A stretch of 64,000 nucleotides of DNA from Candidatus Anderseniibacteriota bacterium (GTDB taxonomy: Bacteria; Patescibacteriota; Andersenbacteria; UBA10190), in NCBI GenBank assembly GCA_040876835.1, contig JBBDOX010000016.1:23414-87413 (forward strand), written 5' to 3'. Made by a program: the position numbers and the translations under genes. Below the pieces are notes generated by a model. The model saw only the letters and a program-made list of their open reading frames with translations. It was not told the origin of the DNA and ran no database searches. Shown piece after piece: positions 1 through 9,042 of the stretch. Every line of letters begins with the position of its first letter. Positions within the stretch are counted from its first letter, which is position 1.

Positions 1-627
1 GCCAAGTCGTTTGATAAGCTGGGGATTAACGTTACTAACGTCATTGCCGGCGCTTCCACCAAGCCGTTTGCCTTCCTAGCTCATTATCCTGGAAATGGTG
101 TCGGTGGACACTGTATTAGTGTTGATCCGTATTACATGATCGAACGCGCCCGGCAGGTTGGATTCGATCACCAGTTTCTCAAGCTCGCCCGTCAGATCAA
201 TGACAGTATGCCGCAGTATGCGCTCGAACTGATGGATCACGGATTGCAAAAGCTCGGAGTCTCAGATCCCACAGTAGCCCTGCTGGGCCTAGCCTACAAA
301 AAGAACATTGATGACGTGCGTGAAAGCCCGTGTTTAACTATCCGCTCTATGCTGGAAGAACGAAACGTTAATCTGCGCGTCTTTGATCCCCATGTACTAA
401 AGGATTCAACTGTATCCTCTCTCGAAGAAGCTACTCAGGATGCCCAGGTGGTCATTATCGGCACCAATCACGATGAATTCGTGGAGCAGTTAACTCCTGA
501 ATTCTTGCAAAGCCACAACGTAAAACTCATCGTAGATGGGAAAAACGCGCTTGATGAGTCTGCTATTAAAAACGCCGGCATCCTGTATTACGGAATCGGC
601 CGGTCGAATCTCGTCGGCAAGAAATAA
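1..627 (+). CDS. nucleotide-sugar dehydrogenase (UDP-glucose/GDP-mannose dehydrogenase family), C-terminal part; the 5-prime end lies outside the window
   Basis: Frame 1 is open from base 1. The translation contains the catalytic-Cys motif GGHCI followed by DPYY, and the C-terminal UDPG/MGDP dehydrogenase domain. The ORF-track fragment is 136..627. Confidence 0.8.
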   Translation, partial: AKSFDKLGINVTNVIAGASTKPFAFLAHYPGNGVGGHCISVDPYYMIERARQVGFDHQFLKLARQINDSMPQYALELMDHGLQKLGVSDPTVALLGLAYKKNIDDVRESPCLTIRSMLEERNVNLRVFDPHVLKDSTVSSLEEATQDAQVVIIGTNHDEFVEQLTPEFLQSHNVKLIVDGKNALDESAIKNAGILYYGIGRSNLVGKK

Positions 628-636
628 CCAAAGTTA

Positions 637-1140
637 TTAATTCGGTAGCGACGGTCGATCGGAAGGAGGCTGTGGTGGAGCGGGCGTAGTAGGCGGTACA
701 GGAGGCTCAGATGGAGGAATAATCTCTTCTGGAGGTTCTTCTGCTAGGACTTCCTCTTCTTCCGCTAGCGCTTCCTGTTCGGCCGCCACTTGAGCATCTT
801 CAGCGGCATTTTCAGCCATCATCTCTCTTGAAGCCTGGACAATATCACGCGTGGCGTCCTTAAATTCTTCCATCACGGACTTTTTCATAGGCGCTACTCC
901 CTGAGCGTTCGCCCACTCATCTTTTTGTTTGCGGTAGTTACGATAGGCGCCCCAGGCTGCTCCCGCTAGAAAAACAGGAAACCAGATCAGAGTGATGAAT
1001 CGGGCCAGCATGAATACCACCAAAAGAATAAGACCGGCAGCTAAGCCGAATAACAGTGCCCAGTACATAATCGGATAAATGTTTGGCTTGTATTCCCGGG
1101 CTGGAAGTTGCTGATCTGGCTGATATTGTTCGTTAGGCAT
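637..1140 (-). CDS. hypothetical membrane protein with a Pro-rich C-terminal tail
   Basis: ORF of 167 aa with two hydrophobic helices and a PPSEPPVPPTTPAPPQPP tail. No recognisable family. Confidence 0.45.
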   Translation of the reverse strand: MPNEQYQPDQQLPAREYKPNIYPIMYWALLFGLAAGLILLVVFMLARFITLIWFPVFLAGAAWGAYRNYRKQKDEWANAQGVAPMKKSVMEEFKDATRDIVQASREMMAENAAEDAQVAAEQEALAEEEEVLAEEPPEEIIPPSEPPVPPTTPAPPQPPSDRPSLPN

Positions 1141-1155
1141 GCCCCTAGTATGACA

Positions 1156-2061
1156 CTACTGCACATTCATGTACAGAAGCTTCTTAGTGTCCGCAAAATG
1201 TTCAACTTCGCTGGGGCTATCAAGAATAACAGTGATGCGGCCTGCCTGCTCGCCGGCTCCCTGTGTAACCAGGCAGAACCTGGCCTCATATAAATAGCCT
1301 GTTTTACTACCGCTCACCTCTTCTCCCCATTCTGATACCAGCTTATTAGTGTTTCTAATAGTATGTTCTCGTCCCGTGCCGACAACGGTAAAGGCGTATT
1401 CTTTTTGAGTGGTCGCAGCTGCAATTTCCGGGTAATGCTCGAATGCGACTTGGGCTATGCGCGCAACTTCATACGCCGTCGAAATGTTATGGGTATCAAG
1501 CCCCGTCACGTCCGCAAATTCTGTTTGTTCCAAGCCCAGCTCAATTGCCTTGCGATTCATGTCCCGGACAAAGTCCTCTTTGGATATTCCCAGCTCTCGG
1601 ACATACGCCAGGGTGGCGTTATTAGCCGAGCCTAACAGTGAAGCGTTAAACAGATTACGCATCGTGACTGTTTCACCTGGGTGCAGCAGCAGTCGTCCGC
1701 CCTGCACGTATTCCTCGGGTTGAATGGTTGCTTCCCGATCCCAGTCAATGCCGTGATCAATAGCTACCATAGCAGTCATGAGTTTAGTGATACTGGCGAT
1801 TGGTTTGCGCTCAAAGGCATTCTGTTCAAATAGAATTGCATTTGATGTCGTATCGTACAGCAAAGCACTGCCAGCTGTGAACGCCTGATGTTTCTCCGTT
1901 TGCGGGCCTACGCCCGGTAAGCCTAGGTCAATACTCGCTCCCCCGGCTAAGGGAGCATTCTGCTTCTCAGGAGTATGCGTAAAAAGCTTGTACACCGAGA
2001 GTCCGGTGATAGTTGCCAGTAGTGTACACATTCCGGCGAGAATAACAGTGCTTTTATACAT
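1156..2061 (-). CDS. D-alanyl-D-alanine carboxypeptidase (serine peptidase S11, PBP5/6-like)
   Basis: 301 aa with an N-terminal hydrophobic anchor, an active-site SITK (SxxK) motif, and typical S11 layout. Confidence 0.75.
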   Translation of the reverse strand: MYKSTVILAGMCTLLATITGLSVYKLFTHTPEKQNAPLAGGASIDLGLPGVGPQTEKHQAFTAGSALLYDTTSNAILFEQNAFERKPIASITKLMTAMVAIDHGIDWDREATIQPEEYVQGGRLLLHPGETVTMRNLFNASLLGSANNATLAYVRELGISKEDFVRDMNRKAIELGLEQTEFADVTGLDTHNISTAYEVARIAQVAFEHYPEIAAATTQKEYAFTVVGTGREHTIRNTNKLVSEWGEEVSGSKTGYLYEARFCLVTQGAGEQAGRITVILDSPSEVEHFADTKKLLYMNVQ

Positions 2062-2100
2062 TGCTCGGGAGGGTTAATTGCTGTTACCGTAAAGCATAGC

Positions 2101-2730
2101 ATGAAGCCGCCAATTACCACTGACTTACAAGAAGCCGTCCGGATTATTACTGCCGGACGCATTGTGGCTTTCCCCACCGGAACCAGCTATGGCTTGGCTG
2201 TTGATGCCCTACAGGGGCATGCGTTGCAGCGTCTGCGTAACCTCAAGCATCGTCCTGATGAAAAATCCTTTACCGTCTTTGCGCGCCCCGAACTTGTGGA
2301 TACGTTTTTCAGATTAAACAAGGAAGAACAAGCATTTTTGCAGAAGTATGCCGGTCAGCCTTTTACGGTACTGCTGCAACCTGCTAAAGCACTTGAGCAC
2401 TTAACTCAGGAAGGTCGAGTAGGGCTACGTCTAATTGATCATCCGTTGATGCAGCAGCTGGCCGAGGCAGTCCAAGTACCATTGACGGCTACCAGTGCCA
2501 ATATTTCCGGCCGACAGCCTTGCGCTGATGTGGTATGTATTCAGGATCAGTTTCCCTATCTTCTCGATCCCAATGATGTGGCCATTAAACGCGCTGGTCC
2601 GACAACTTACGATCTCTCGCTGGGATGCATTCTAGATGGTGGAACCTTGCCTGTCGGACAGCAGAGCACAATCGTGCGATACGCTAAGGGTAACTGGCAG
2701 ACAATACGTCAGGGAGCAGGAGCGCTGTAA
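2101..2730 (+). CDS. tsaC: L-threonylcarbamoyladenylate synthase (YrdC/Sua5 family)
   Basis: 209 aa carrying the YrdC-domain signature AFPTGTSYGLAVDA. Confidence 0.8.
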   Translation: MKPPITTDLQEAVRIITAGRIVAFPTGTSYGLAVDALQGHALQRLRNLKHRPDEKSFTVFARPELVDTFFRLNKEEQAFLQKYAGQPFTVLLQPAKALEHLTQEGRVGLRLIDHPLMQQLAEAVQVPLTATSANISGRQPCADVVCIQDQFPYLLDPNDVAIKRAGPTTYDLSLGCILDGGTLPVGQQSTIVRYAKGNWQTIRQGAGAL

Positions 2731-2740
2731 CAACCTGGGC

Positions 2741-2772
2741 AAAAAAGAACCGCTGAAGAAGATCACAGCGGC
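2741..2772 (-). terminator. rho-independent terminator, minus strand
   Basis: On the minus strand the sequence reads GCCGCTG, loop, CAGCGG, then a TTCTTTTTT tract. The element lies about 360 nt downstream of the HD-domain gene stop. Confidence 0.55.
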
Positions 2773-3135
2773 GATGGGGTGTCGGGATGGATAACTCCTG
2801 TAGAGGAAGAGCGGTAAGCGGGCGGAATCCACCGCAGGCATAGTCTTCCCTTTGAACGTCTCTCTTTGCGCTGCAGAATGCGGAAGGCTCGGGTGTCACA
2901 GGTTGCACATGTACCGATGCACCAGATCACTTTTTTCCCGTGTTCAAGGAGAACCCACATTCCAGCGTGGGTGGTAAAACAAAAACGCTCCTTCTCTTTT
3001 CTGGGTTTATCGTTCCAGGGGTTAAGGTTCCGCGGCCGAAAGCGTGTAAGCGCAGTCAGGAGCGACACGTCTTCCCTTTCGTGTATGCAGTAAAGATCAG
3101 CTCCCCCTTACGTAGTATCACTTTACCACACCCGC

Positions 3136-3708
3136 CTACAGTCCCAATGGATCGGCAACAGACTTCATTGCCTGCAGTGCATGCTCAATATGTTCTTCTG
3201 GCGAGAATCCGAGCTCCTGTGCCCCCTGGGTAATATCTTCCCGACTGACATTCTCTGCGAATTTTTTCTGTTTTAGCTTCTTCTTTACAGACTTTACATC
3301 AACGTCAGCAAGTTTTCTGGAAGGCCGCACTAATGCGACGGCGACGATAAAGCCGGCAAGCTCATCAACGGCAAAAATTGTTTTTTCCATTAATGTGGTT
3401 CGCGGCGTTCCTGTGTGCGGAGCATGCGCCATGATCCCCCGCTTGATAACTTCTGGATACTCAAGTTTAGTCAAAATCTCCTGTCCCTTGTATGGATGCT
3501 CTTCCAAAGAGGGATGCTGTTCATAATCAAAATCATGAAGAAGTCCCACCAGACCCCATACTTCTTCATTCTCTCCAAAATGCCGCGCGTAATATCGCAT
3601 AGCTGCCTCAACAGCCAGAGCGTGCTTGATGAGATTCTGATTTTTGGTGTATTGATTCAGCAGCTGCCAGGCGTCAGCTCGGGTTTTTTCTTTTAGTTCT
3701 TCCGACAT
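3136..3708 (-). CDS. HD-domain phosphohydrolase
   Basis: 190 aa containing the HD motif (LLHDFD) and HDIG-like histidines. Confidence 0.7.
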   Translation of the reverse strand: MSEELKEKTRADAWQLLNQYTKNQNLIKHALAVEAAMRYYARHFGENEEVWGLVGLLHDFDYEQHPSLEEHPYKGQEILTKLEYPEVIKRGIMAHAPHTGTPRTTLMEKTIFAVDELAGFIVAVALVRPSRKLADVDVKSVKKKLKQKKFAENVSREDITQGAQELGFSPEEHIEHALQAMKSVADPLGL

Positions 3709-3715
3709 CTTTCTA

Positions 3716-4795
3716 TTAGGCGTGAGATCGCTTCTGCCACAGAGACTGAATTGTGGCCCCTAGTATAAACAGGACGAGGATAAAGGTGAGCAGACCTCCG
3801 AAAAATCCGAGCAGCTGTATCCCCTCATATACGGCCGCGCCTAGCACTGCTGCCGGCCAGGCCAGCGGCTGCTGTGCGGAAGAGGCGGGAGACAATTTCC
3901 CGTAAAGCCAGCTGCCAATAAGGAGGGCGGCAATGCCGGTAGCCAGAATATATACAACAAGACTGGTGAAGAACAGAACCAGAGCCAGCGGCAGCCCGAT
4001 GAGTGATACGGCGAGGATGAGGGCAATGGGCCCAACCAGAATAATCCACAGAAGGCCGGTTAGGATGCTGCGTCCGGGATTAGCCTGAACGTAGGCTAAC
4101 ACTCCTCTGACAGCTTTGGGGGCGAAATAAGAGATCAGGAATGCTAATAGCAGGAGTGCAATTGTTGACCGAACCCAACTACCTAACACATTTCGAGTTC
4201 CTGCAGGGGCTGTCTGAGTACCCTCGTGATGTTCGCGGCTTCCTGTAATAGTTGCGCCATCTTTAATCTCCGCCTGAGCGCCATACGTAATCAAGTTTCC
4301 ATCAATAACGGCCGTAGACTCTACCACTACGGAATTGCCGGCAGCCCGCACGGTACCATGCACTGTTCCGGCAATGACAATTGATTCCCCTGCCAGATAT
4401 GCATCCGATCCAATAATGGTTTGGCTCATAAGATCCAGACTTTGTCCGGCTGCAAACAGATCTCCTTCAACGTTCCCAGTTACGGTCACGATATTCCCGG
4501 CCAGGTGGGCATCATCTCCAACCGATCCGGTTAGACGTACCGCCTGTCCGACGGCATACAGATCCTGTGTGATAACTGATTCGGCATTTACAATCTGCCC
4601 GGCTATAGCGGCGTCTCCACTGATTGTGTCTTTAACAGTAACCTTCTGTCCGGCGGCATATACGTCATCATCTACGGGATTGGCAATAAAAAGCTCACCC
4701 TCCTCTTTTTGAAGAAAAGTCGCAGCCAAGGCCGACAGTGGCAGTATGGCAATCAGGGTTAGTGTTCCAAGCTTGAGCGAAAGAGAATGTTTCAT
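3716..4795 (-). CDS. bactofilin-like repeat protein fused to a polytopic C-terminal membrane domain
   Basis: 359 aa with a signal or anchor at the N-terminus. The N-terminal half has tandem AGQ/AGN..V..G(D) repeats typical of bactofilin/DUF583 polymer-forming proteins. The C-terminal half has at least four transmembrane helices. Confidence 0.5.
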   Translation of the reverse strand: MKHSLSLKLGTLTLIAILPLSALAATFLQKEEGELFIANPVDDDVYAAGQKVTVKDTISGDAAIAGQIVNAESVITQDLYAVGQAVRLTGSVGDDAHLAGNIVTVTGNVEGDLFAAGQSLDLMSQTIIGSDAYLAGESIVIAGTVHGTVRAAGNSVVVESTAVIDGNLITYGAQAEIKDGATITGSREHHEGTQTAPAGTRNVLGSWVRSTIALLLLAFLISYFAPKAVRGVLAYVQANPGRSILTGLLWIILVGPIALILAVSLIGLPLALVLFFTSLVVYILATGIAALLIGSWLYGKLSPASSAQQPLAWPAAVLGAAVYEGIQLLGFFGGLLTFILVLFILGATIQSLWQKRSHA

Positions 4796-4830
4796 TCCTT
4801 AAGTATTGCCTATACCAGCCTTCCACACAA

Positions 4831-5211
4831 CTATCCCCCGAAAATACTGTAGGTGGCCGGCGCGCCTAAAAAGACAGCTAATACGGCCGCCAGCATGATG
4901 AAATCAAGCTCCCAGCCATTCTCCCCCGTAAACTTCTTGCCCCACTTTTGAGTTTTCATGTAAATCGCTCCCAGCATAACTGTTGCCAGGAAAATCGCGC
5001 CCGCCTGTGTCCACACTCCCAGAATCATCGATGCAGCTCCTAGTGTTTCCAGGAAGCCAACAAGTTTCAACAGCTCAACCGGAAGGCCGATACTCTTGGC
5101 TGTCGCAGTGGTGAGTTTAAACTTCTGCGGACCGTGGGCTAAGAACACAATGCCGATTGCCAGACGGAGAATAAAAAATGCCAGGTTCTGATCAATATCA
5201 ACAAAGGTCAT
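4831..5211 (-). CDS. DoxX family membrane protein
   Basis: 126 aa with four transmembrane helices and the DoxX-like pattern LRLAIGIVFLAHGPQK. Confidence 0.7.
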   Translation of the reverse strand: MTFVDIDQNLAFFILRLAIGIVFLAHGPQKFKLTTATAKSIGLPVELLKLVGFLETLGAASMILGVWTQAGAIFLATVMLGAIYMKTQKWGKKFTGENGWELDFIMLAAVLAVFLGAPATYSIFGG

Positions 5212-5311
5212 ACATGTGATGTTAAGTATATGCTTAAACGTCTAACAGCAACGTAACACGACTGACTTTTCGCTGCCAAGATAGATTGTCGGGAGAATCT
5301 GACGGACGCAG

Positions 5312-6559
5312 CTAGAATTCTGATGTATCTCGGGGGAGAAAAAGACTAATACACCAGTCAAAGGCGATCTGAACACGATTGCCCCACCCGTACATAGTTC
5401 GCAAGAAGACGACTCTGCGTAAAAACCAGGCTAGTATACCTGATGAGCGCAGGGGTTTACGTTCCAGAATCGCGTACCAGTTTCCAATCGGAATGATATC
5501 TCCTTTATGTCGATACTTTTTCTGTTTGAGTGGGGTCCCTTCCAGAAGGCGGATAACATTCTTAGAGGCGAGGGCTGCTGCCTGCACTGCCGCCTGGGCT
5601 GTGGGTGGATACGCAAAGGCCTCATCTTGTACGCGGGCACAGTCACCAAGGCCGAATATTGAATCATCCCCTGCTGCCTGGAATGTTGGAGTAATGCGGA
5701 GCAGCTTACGCTCGTCGAGCAGGGAGCCGGACATGATATTACCCAGAGTCGACTCAGTCCCGGCTGTCCAGAAAATGCTGTTACTTTCCACTTTTTCTCC
5801 GGAGGCTAAGAGAACTCCGTCAGCTTGAACTTCGGTTACCCGCTGCTTAGTCTGCACGGCCACCCCCAACTCCTCCAGTCGTCTTTGGGCCTTCTGTGAA
5901 GCCTTTGGTGACAGTTGTTCCAATACTCGCTCCCCCGCATGCATGAGTGTTATTTTGCACAGTTCAATGGGAACATCGCCGTAAAACTTTTTCATTTCTT
6001 TCGAAACCAGATCCGATATCTGACCAGCTAACTCTACTCCCGTCGCTCCCCCACCGACGATAATGAAGTGCAAATATTTGTCGAGAGGGTGCCTGTCCTT
6101 TTTATCATGCATTTCCGAAGCTAGTTCAAATGAGTTGATGATCCGGTTACGAATCGCAATAGCTCCCGGTAGCCATTTGAGAGCCAGCGCGTGTTCGGCG
6201 GCGCCGGTAACCCCAAAGTAGCCCTGCTCCACTCCCAGGGCTACCACTAGAATGTCATAACTGTACTCACCTTTATCAGTGACAACTATCTTCTGCTCCG
6301 AATCAACGCGCTGAATTTCTGCCTGATGAAAATCCTGTCCACAGCAGTGGAGAATTTCCCGGAGGGGCTGAATAACATGTTCCCGCGCTACTGAGCCTGT
6401 GGCTGCCTCATGCAGCATGGGTGAAAACGTGAAGTAGTTTGTTTTGCTGATGAGCTCAATACTGACGTCATGTTCACCAGCCGGGTGCAGTAGTTTATGA
6501 AGGTGAAGGTACGTTTCTACTCCCGCAAATCCCCCGCCTAAAATCAGTATTTTTTTCAT
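5312..6559 (-). CDS. ndh: type II NADH dehydrogenase (NDH-2), FAD-dependent pyridine nucleotide-disulfide oxidoreductase
   Basis: 415 aa with two GxGxxG dinucleotide folds (ILGGGFAG and IVGGGATG). Confidence 0.8.
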   Translation of the reverse strand: MKKILILGGGFAGVETYLHLHKLLHPAGEHDVSIELISKTNYFTFSPMLHEAATGSVAREHVIQPLREILHCCGQDFHQAEIQRVDSEQKIVVTDKGEYSYDILVVALGVEQGYFGVTGAAEHALALKWLPGAIAIRNRIINSFELASEMHDKKDRHPLDKYLHFIIVGGGATGVELAGQISDLVSKEMKKFYGDVPIELCKITLMHAGERVLEQLSPKASQKAQRRLEELGVAVQTKQRVTEVQADGVLLASGEKVESNSIFWTAGTESTLGNIMSGSLLDERKLLRITPTFQAAGDDSIFGLGDCARVQDEAFAYPPTAQAAVQAAALASKNVIRLLEGTPLKQKKYRHKGDIIPIGNWYAILERKPLRSSGILAWFLRRVVFLRTMYGWGNRVQIAFDWCISLFLPRDTSEF

Positions 6560-6777
6560 ACGTCGTCTGAAGATGAAAACTTTTTCTCTATTTCCACCAC
6601 CTTGTTATCAATTTCTTTCAGCCGTTTTTGCAGCTGAGCTGCCAGCTCTAGTCCGCGCTCAAATTTGGGCAGATCCTTTTCTAAATCAAGTTCCCGGGAT
6701 TCAAAATCCGTCACGATCGTTTCCAGCTCTTTATAGCCTTTAGTAAAATCAAATGCTTCTTTCTTTTTTATTGGCAT
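6556..6777 (-). CDS. xseB: exodeoxyribonuclease VII small subunit
   Basis: Starting at MPIKKKEAFDFTKGYKELETIV matches the canonical XseB N-terminus (MPKK..sFE.al.eLE.IV). The ORF-track version has an upstream TTG extension to 6813. The stop overlaps the ndh start, and the gene lies directly downstream of xseA. Confidence 0.75.
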   Translation of the reverse strand: MPIKKKEAFDFTKGYKELETIVTDFESRELDLEKDLPKFERGLELAAQLQKRLKEIDNKVVEIEKKFSSSDDV

Positions 6778-6818
6778 ACCCCTTACTGTAGCGCCTGAAG
6801 AGACGGAGAGCAAAAGGG

Positions 6819-8048
6819 TCAGACAACCTTCGAGGTTACCTGCCCTTCCTTTAGAGTTATTACGATTGTTTCACCCTGTGCAACCTGCTGCCTGCTATAT
6901 ACCAGGGATCCATCTTTCTTCCGGGTTATGGAAAACCCTCGGGCCAGAACCCGTTGAGGTGACAGTGATTGCAGCAGGCGCGTCATGGCGGTAACGCTCT
7001 GTAGTTTCTCCTCGGTATGCTGATGCATGGCGCGCATTAGAGTTAATCGGGTCCGGGCAATCTCAGTACGATAGCGGGAAGTTTCCTGTAATATCCGCTG
7101 TCTTGTGCCGATTAACATATGGACATAGCGGGCGACCTGCTGGCTGGTAGCTGAGACACGGTTCTGCAGAATACGTGCCTGGCGTACGATTGTGCCTTCG
7201 GTGCGGCTGAGCGTTTGGTGCATAGCTGCTTTCAGTCGTGTTTGCATGTGCTCGATTCTGCTGACAACTTCCAGACGGGAGCGCACTAACAGTTCAGCGG
7301 CATTGCTAGGGGTGGAAGCGCGCACGTCAGCCGCAAGTTCTGCTAGTGTTACGTCCCGCTCATGTCCCACACCGACAATAATTGGGGTGCGGGAAGCGGC
7401 TACAGCTCGTATGACAGCTTCATCGTTAAATGCCTGAAGATCCTCCAAGCTGCCGCCTCCGCGGACGAGAATAATAACATCAAGATCCGTTAATTCAGTA
7501 TTAGCAGTATTCAGGGCGTTAATAATTTGATTGGGAGCGTCTTCTCCCTGTACCTGTGTATGTAAAAACATAATCTCTAGTCCCCCGATGCGTTCCCGCA
7601 GAACTTTCAGAAAATCTGAATAAGCTGCTGCTTCCCGGGAAGTAATAAGTGCCACGCGCTGGGGAAACTGCGGCAGGGGGCGTTTGCGCGCGACGGCAAA
7701 AAGTCCTTCAGCTTCAAGCTTTTCTTTCAATAATTCAAAGGCTCGCTTGAGCGCCCCTTCTCCGGCGGGAGCCACTTGCGATACAACGAAACTGAAGAAT
7801 CCTTTATTACGTAATTTAGGAGTGCCAATAACCCGTACCAGCATTCCGTCCTCGATACGCACCCGCAGCTGCCAGACTGTCATAAAACACGGCACGGTAC
7901 TCTCCTGATCTTTCAAAGAAAACGTGACCCACTTGTTATGAACTACCCGGTAGTCTGACACCTCTCCTTCTACGGCTACAGCTCCCAGCTGACCCATGGC
8001 CATGTTGGTCACCTCAACGAGCTGACTAACGGACAAGATATGTTTCAT
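6819..8048 (-). CDS. xseA: exodeoxyribonuclease VII large subunit
   Basis: 409 aa with an OB-fold N-terminus and an ExoVII_LU catalytic region. Gene order is xseA-xseB. Confidence 0.85.
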   Translation of the reverse strand: MKHILSVSQLVEVTNMAMGQLGAVAVEGEVSDYRVVHNKWVTFSLKDQESTVPCFMTVWQLRVRIEDGMLVRVIGTPKLRNKGFFSFVVSQVAPAGEGALKRAFELLKEKLEAEGLFAVARKRPLPQFPQRVALITSREAAAYSDFLKVLRERIGGLEIMFLHTQVQGEDAPNQIINALNTANTELTDLDVIILVRGGGSLEDLQAFNDEAVIRAVAASRTPIIVGVGHERDVTLAELAADVRASTPSNAAELLVRSRLEVVSRIEHMQTRLKAAMHQTLSRTEGTIVRQARILQNRVSATSQQVARYVHMLIGTRQRILQETSRYRTEIARTRLTLMRAMHQHTEEKLQSVTAMTRLLQSLSPQRVLARGFSITRKKDGSLVYSRQQVAQGETIVITLKEGQVTSKVV

Positions 8049-8166
8049 TTACCTATCATCTCCTAGCGCTACCCAGAGTTCAACTGATGACTTGTCAGAG
8101 TTGTCGACTCAGGAGCATGCTTGAGATGAGGAACTCCACGAAGGGCTCGGAAAACAAGGAAGGAGG

Positions 8167-8367
8167 TTACTCGTGAGGATGTTCTTTTTTCTGTCCGAGG
8201 CTGTCAGCGCACTGTGCTCAGCGGTGGGATTGCTGGCTCATCAGGAGGCAGCTCTCGCGTTGAGCGGTGAACAGTTCGCGTTGGCTGTCGGCTCTCTTGT
8301 TTTCAGTGTCGGGTCTCTGGTCATCATGATCGCCAACAACCTGCTCGGCTATCATGAAGTTTCGTAG
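8167..8367 (+). CDS. small hydrophobic protein (64-66 aa), GC3-rich
   Basis: An AGGAGG RBS precedes an in-frame GTG at 8167 (7 nt spacing) and an ATG at 8173. The protein is predicted to have two transmembrane helices. A strong terminator follows directly. Confidence 0.45.
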   Translation, partial: LLVRMFFFLSEAVSALCSAVGLLAHQEAALALSGEQFALAVGSLVFSVGSLVIMIANNLLGYHEVS

Positions 8368-8380
8368 GGACCAAACGCAG

Positions 8381-8407
8381 CGGCCGCCCCCCCCTCGGCC
8401 GTTTTTT
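8381..8407 (+). terminator. rho-independent terminator, plus strand
   Basis: CGGCCG, loop CCCCCCCCT, CGGCCG, followed by TTTTTT. Confidence 0.6.
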
Positions 8408-8986
8408 CTATTCCACCACAATCCGGTGAACGCTCGTCAACTCTCCATCAGAAGTTGAAGCTCGCAGCGTTACGGTAAGTTCCCCTGGACCGCTACCGAA
8501 TGAAAAAGTAGCAGCGTGCTCCTGCCCAACCACGGACGATCCAACTGACTGCTGGCTGCGGCTGTTAACGTTGGTCCCGTTTCCGTTCTGGGTGTAGACG
8601 GCTTCTGAAGATACTTCCTGAAGAGCAGCTCCCACGGGTCCGTCAACTGTCCATCGAATGGTGAACTGTTCATTACCCGCAACGCGGGTTGGCAGGAAGA
8701 TGGGACGAATATCAAAAGATGTTGGGCCTGATTGCCTTTGTGGTGCGGGAGTTGCTGTGGGCGTAGGAGCCACCTGCTTTATCTCAGGAGAAGGAATAGC
8801 GGGTGGAATAGTAGGGATGTTCAGTAGGGGCGTAGGTGATGTTGTAGCGGTTGGCTCTGGGGTTTGTGAGGAAGCTGTAGGTGTAGGACTAACTATTGGA
8901 ACGGCATTCCGGTTCTGGATAGTAAAAGTTCCAAGCAGCAGCACGGCTATTCCAATGGCTCCAATTGTAATAACGAGAGTATTCAT
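8408..8986 (-). CDS. hypothetical membrane-anchored extracellular protein with a Pro/Thr-rich linker
   Basis: 192 aa with an N-terminal transmembrane helix, a PTPTASSQTPEPTATTSPTP linker, then a globular domain. Confidence 0.5.
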   Translation of the reverse strand: MNTLVITIGAIGIAVLLLGTFTIQNRNAVPIVSPTPTASSQTPEPTATTSPTPLLNIPTIPPAIPSPEIKQVAPTPTATPAPQRQSGPTSFDIRPIFLPTRVAGNEQFTIRWTVDGPVGAALQEVSSEAVYTQNGNGTNVNSRSQQSVGSSVVGQEHAATFSFGSGPGELTVTLRASTSDGELTSVHRIVVE

Positions 8987-9042
8987 AACGTCAACACTAC
9001 CCTATTAGGGGTAGTGTTGCGGACTGTTTTCGTCAAGGTCAT

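Noticed and set aside
2763-3068. 101-aa basic Cys-containing minus-strand ORF in the HD-tsaC gap
   Set aside because: It has a GTG start with a poor RBS, overlaps several other equally long frames, and no family is recognisable. It is mentioned only inside a finding as one possible explanation of the gap and is not called as a gene.
2731-3135. Search for RNase P RNA, tmRNA or SRP RNA in the largest housekeeping-region gap
   Set aside because: I found none of the hallmarks on either strand: no GGAAAGUCCGG or ACAGAACCCGGCUUA for RNase P, no tRNA-like T-arm or tag-peptide reading frame for tmRNA, and no GGUCCGGAAGGAAGCAGC for SRP.
5379-5828. 149-aa plus-strand ORF inside ndh
   Set aside because: It lies entirely antisense to a well-supported NDH-2 gene, with no RBS and an Arg/Ser-rich low-complexity translation.
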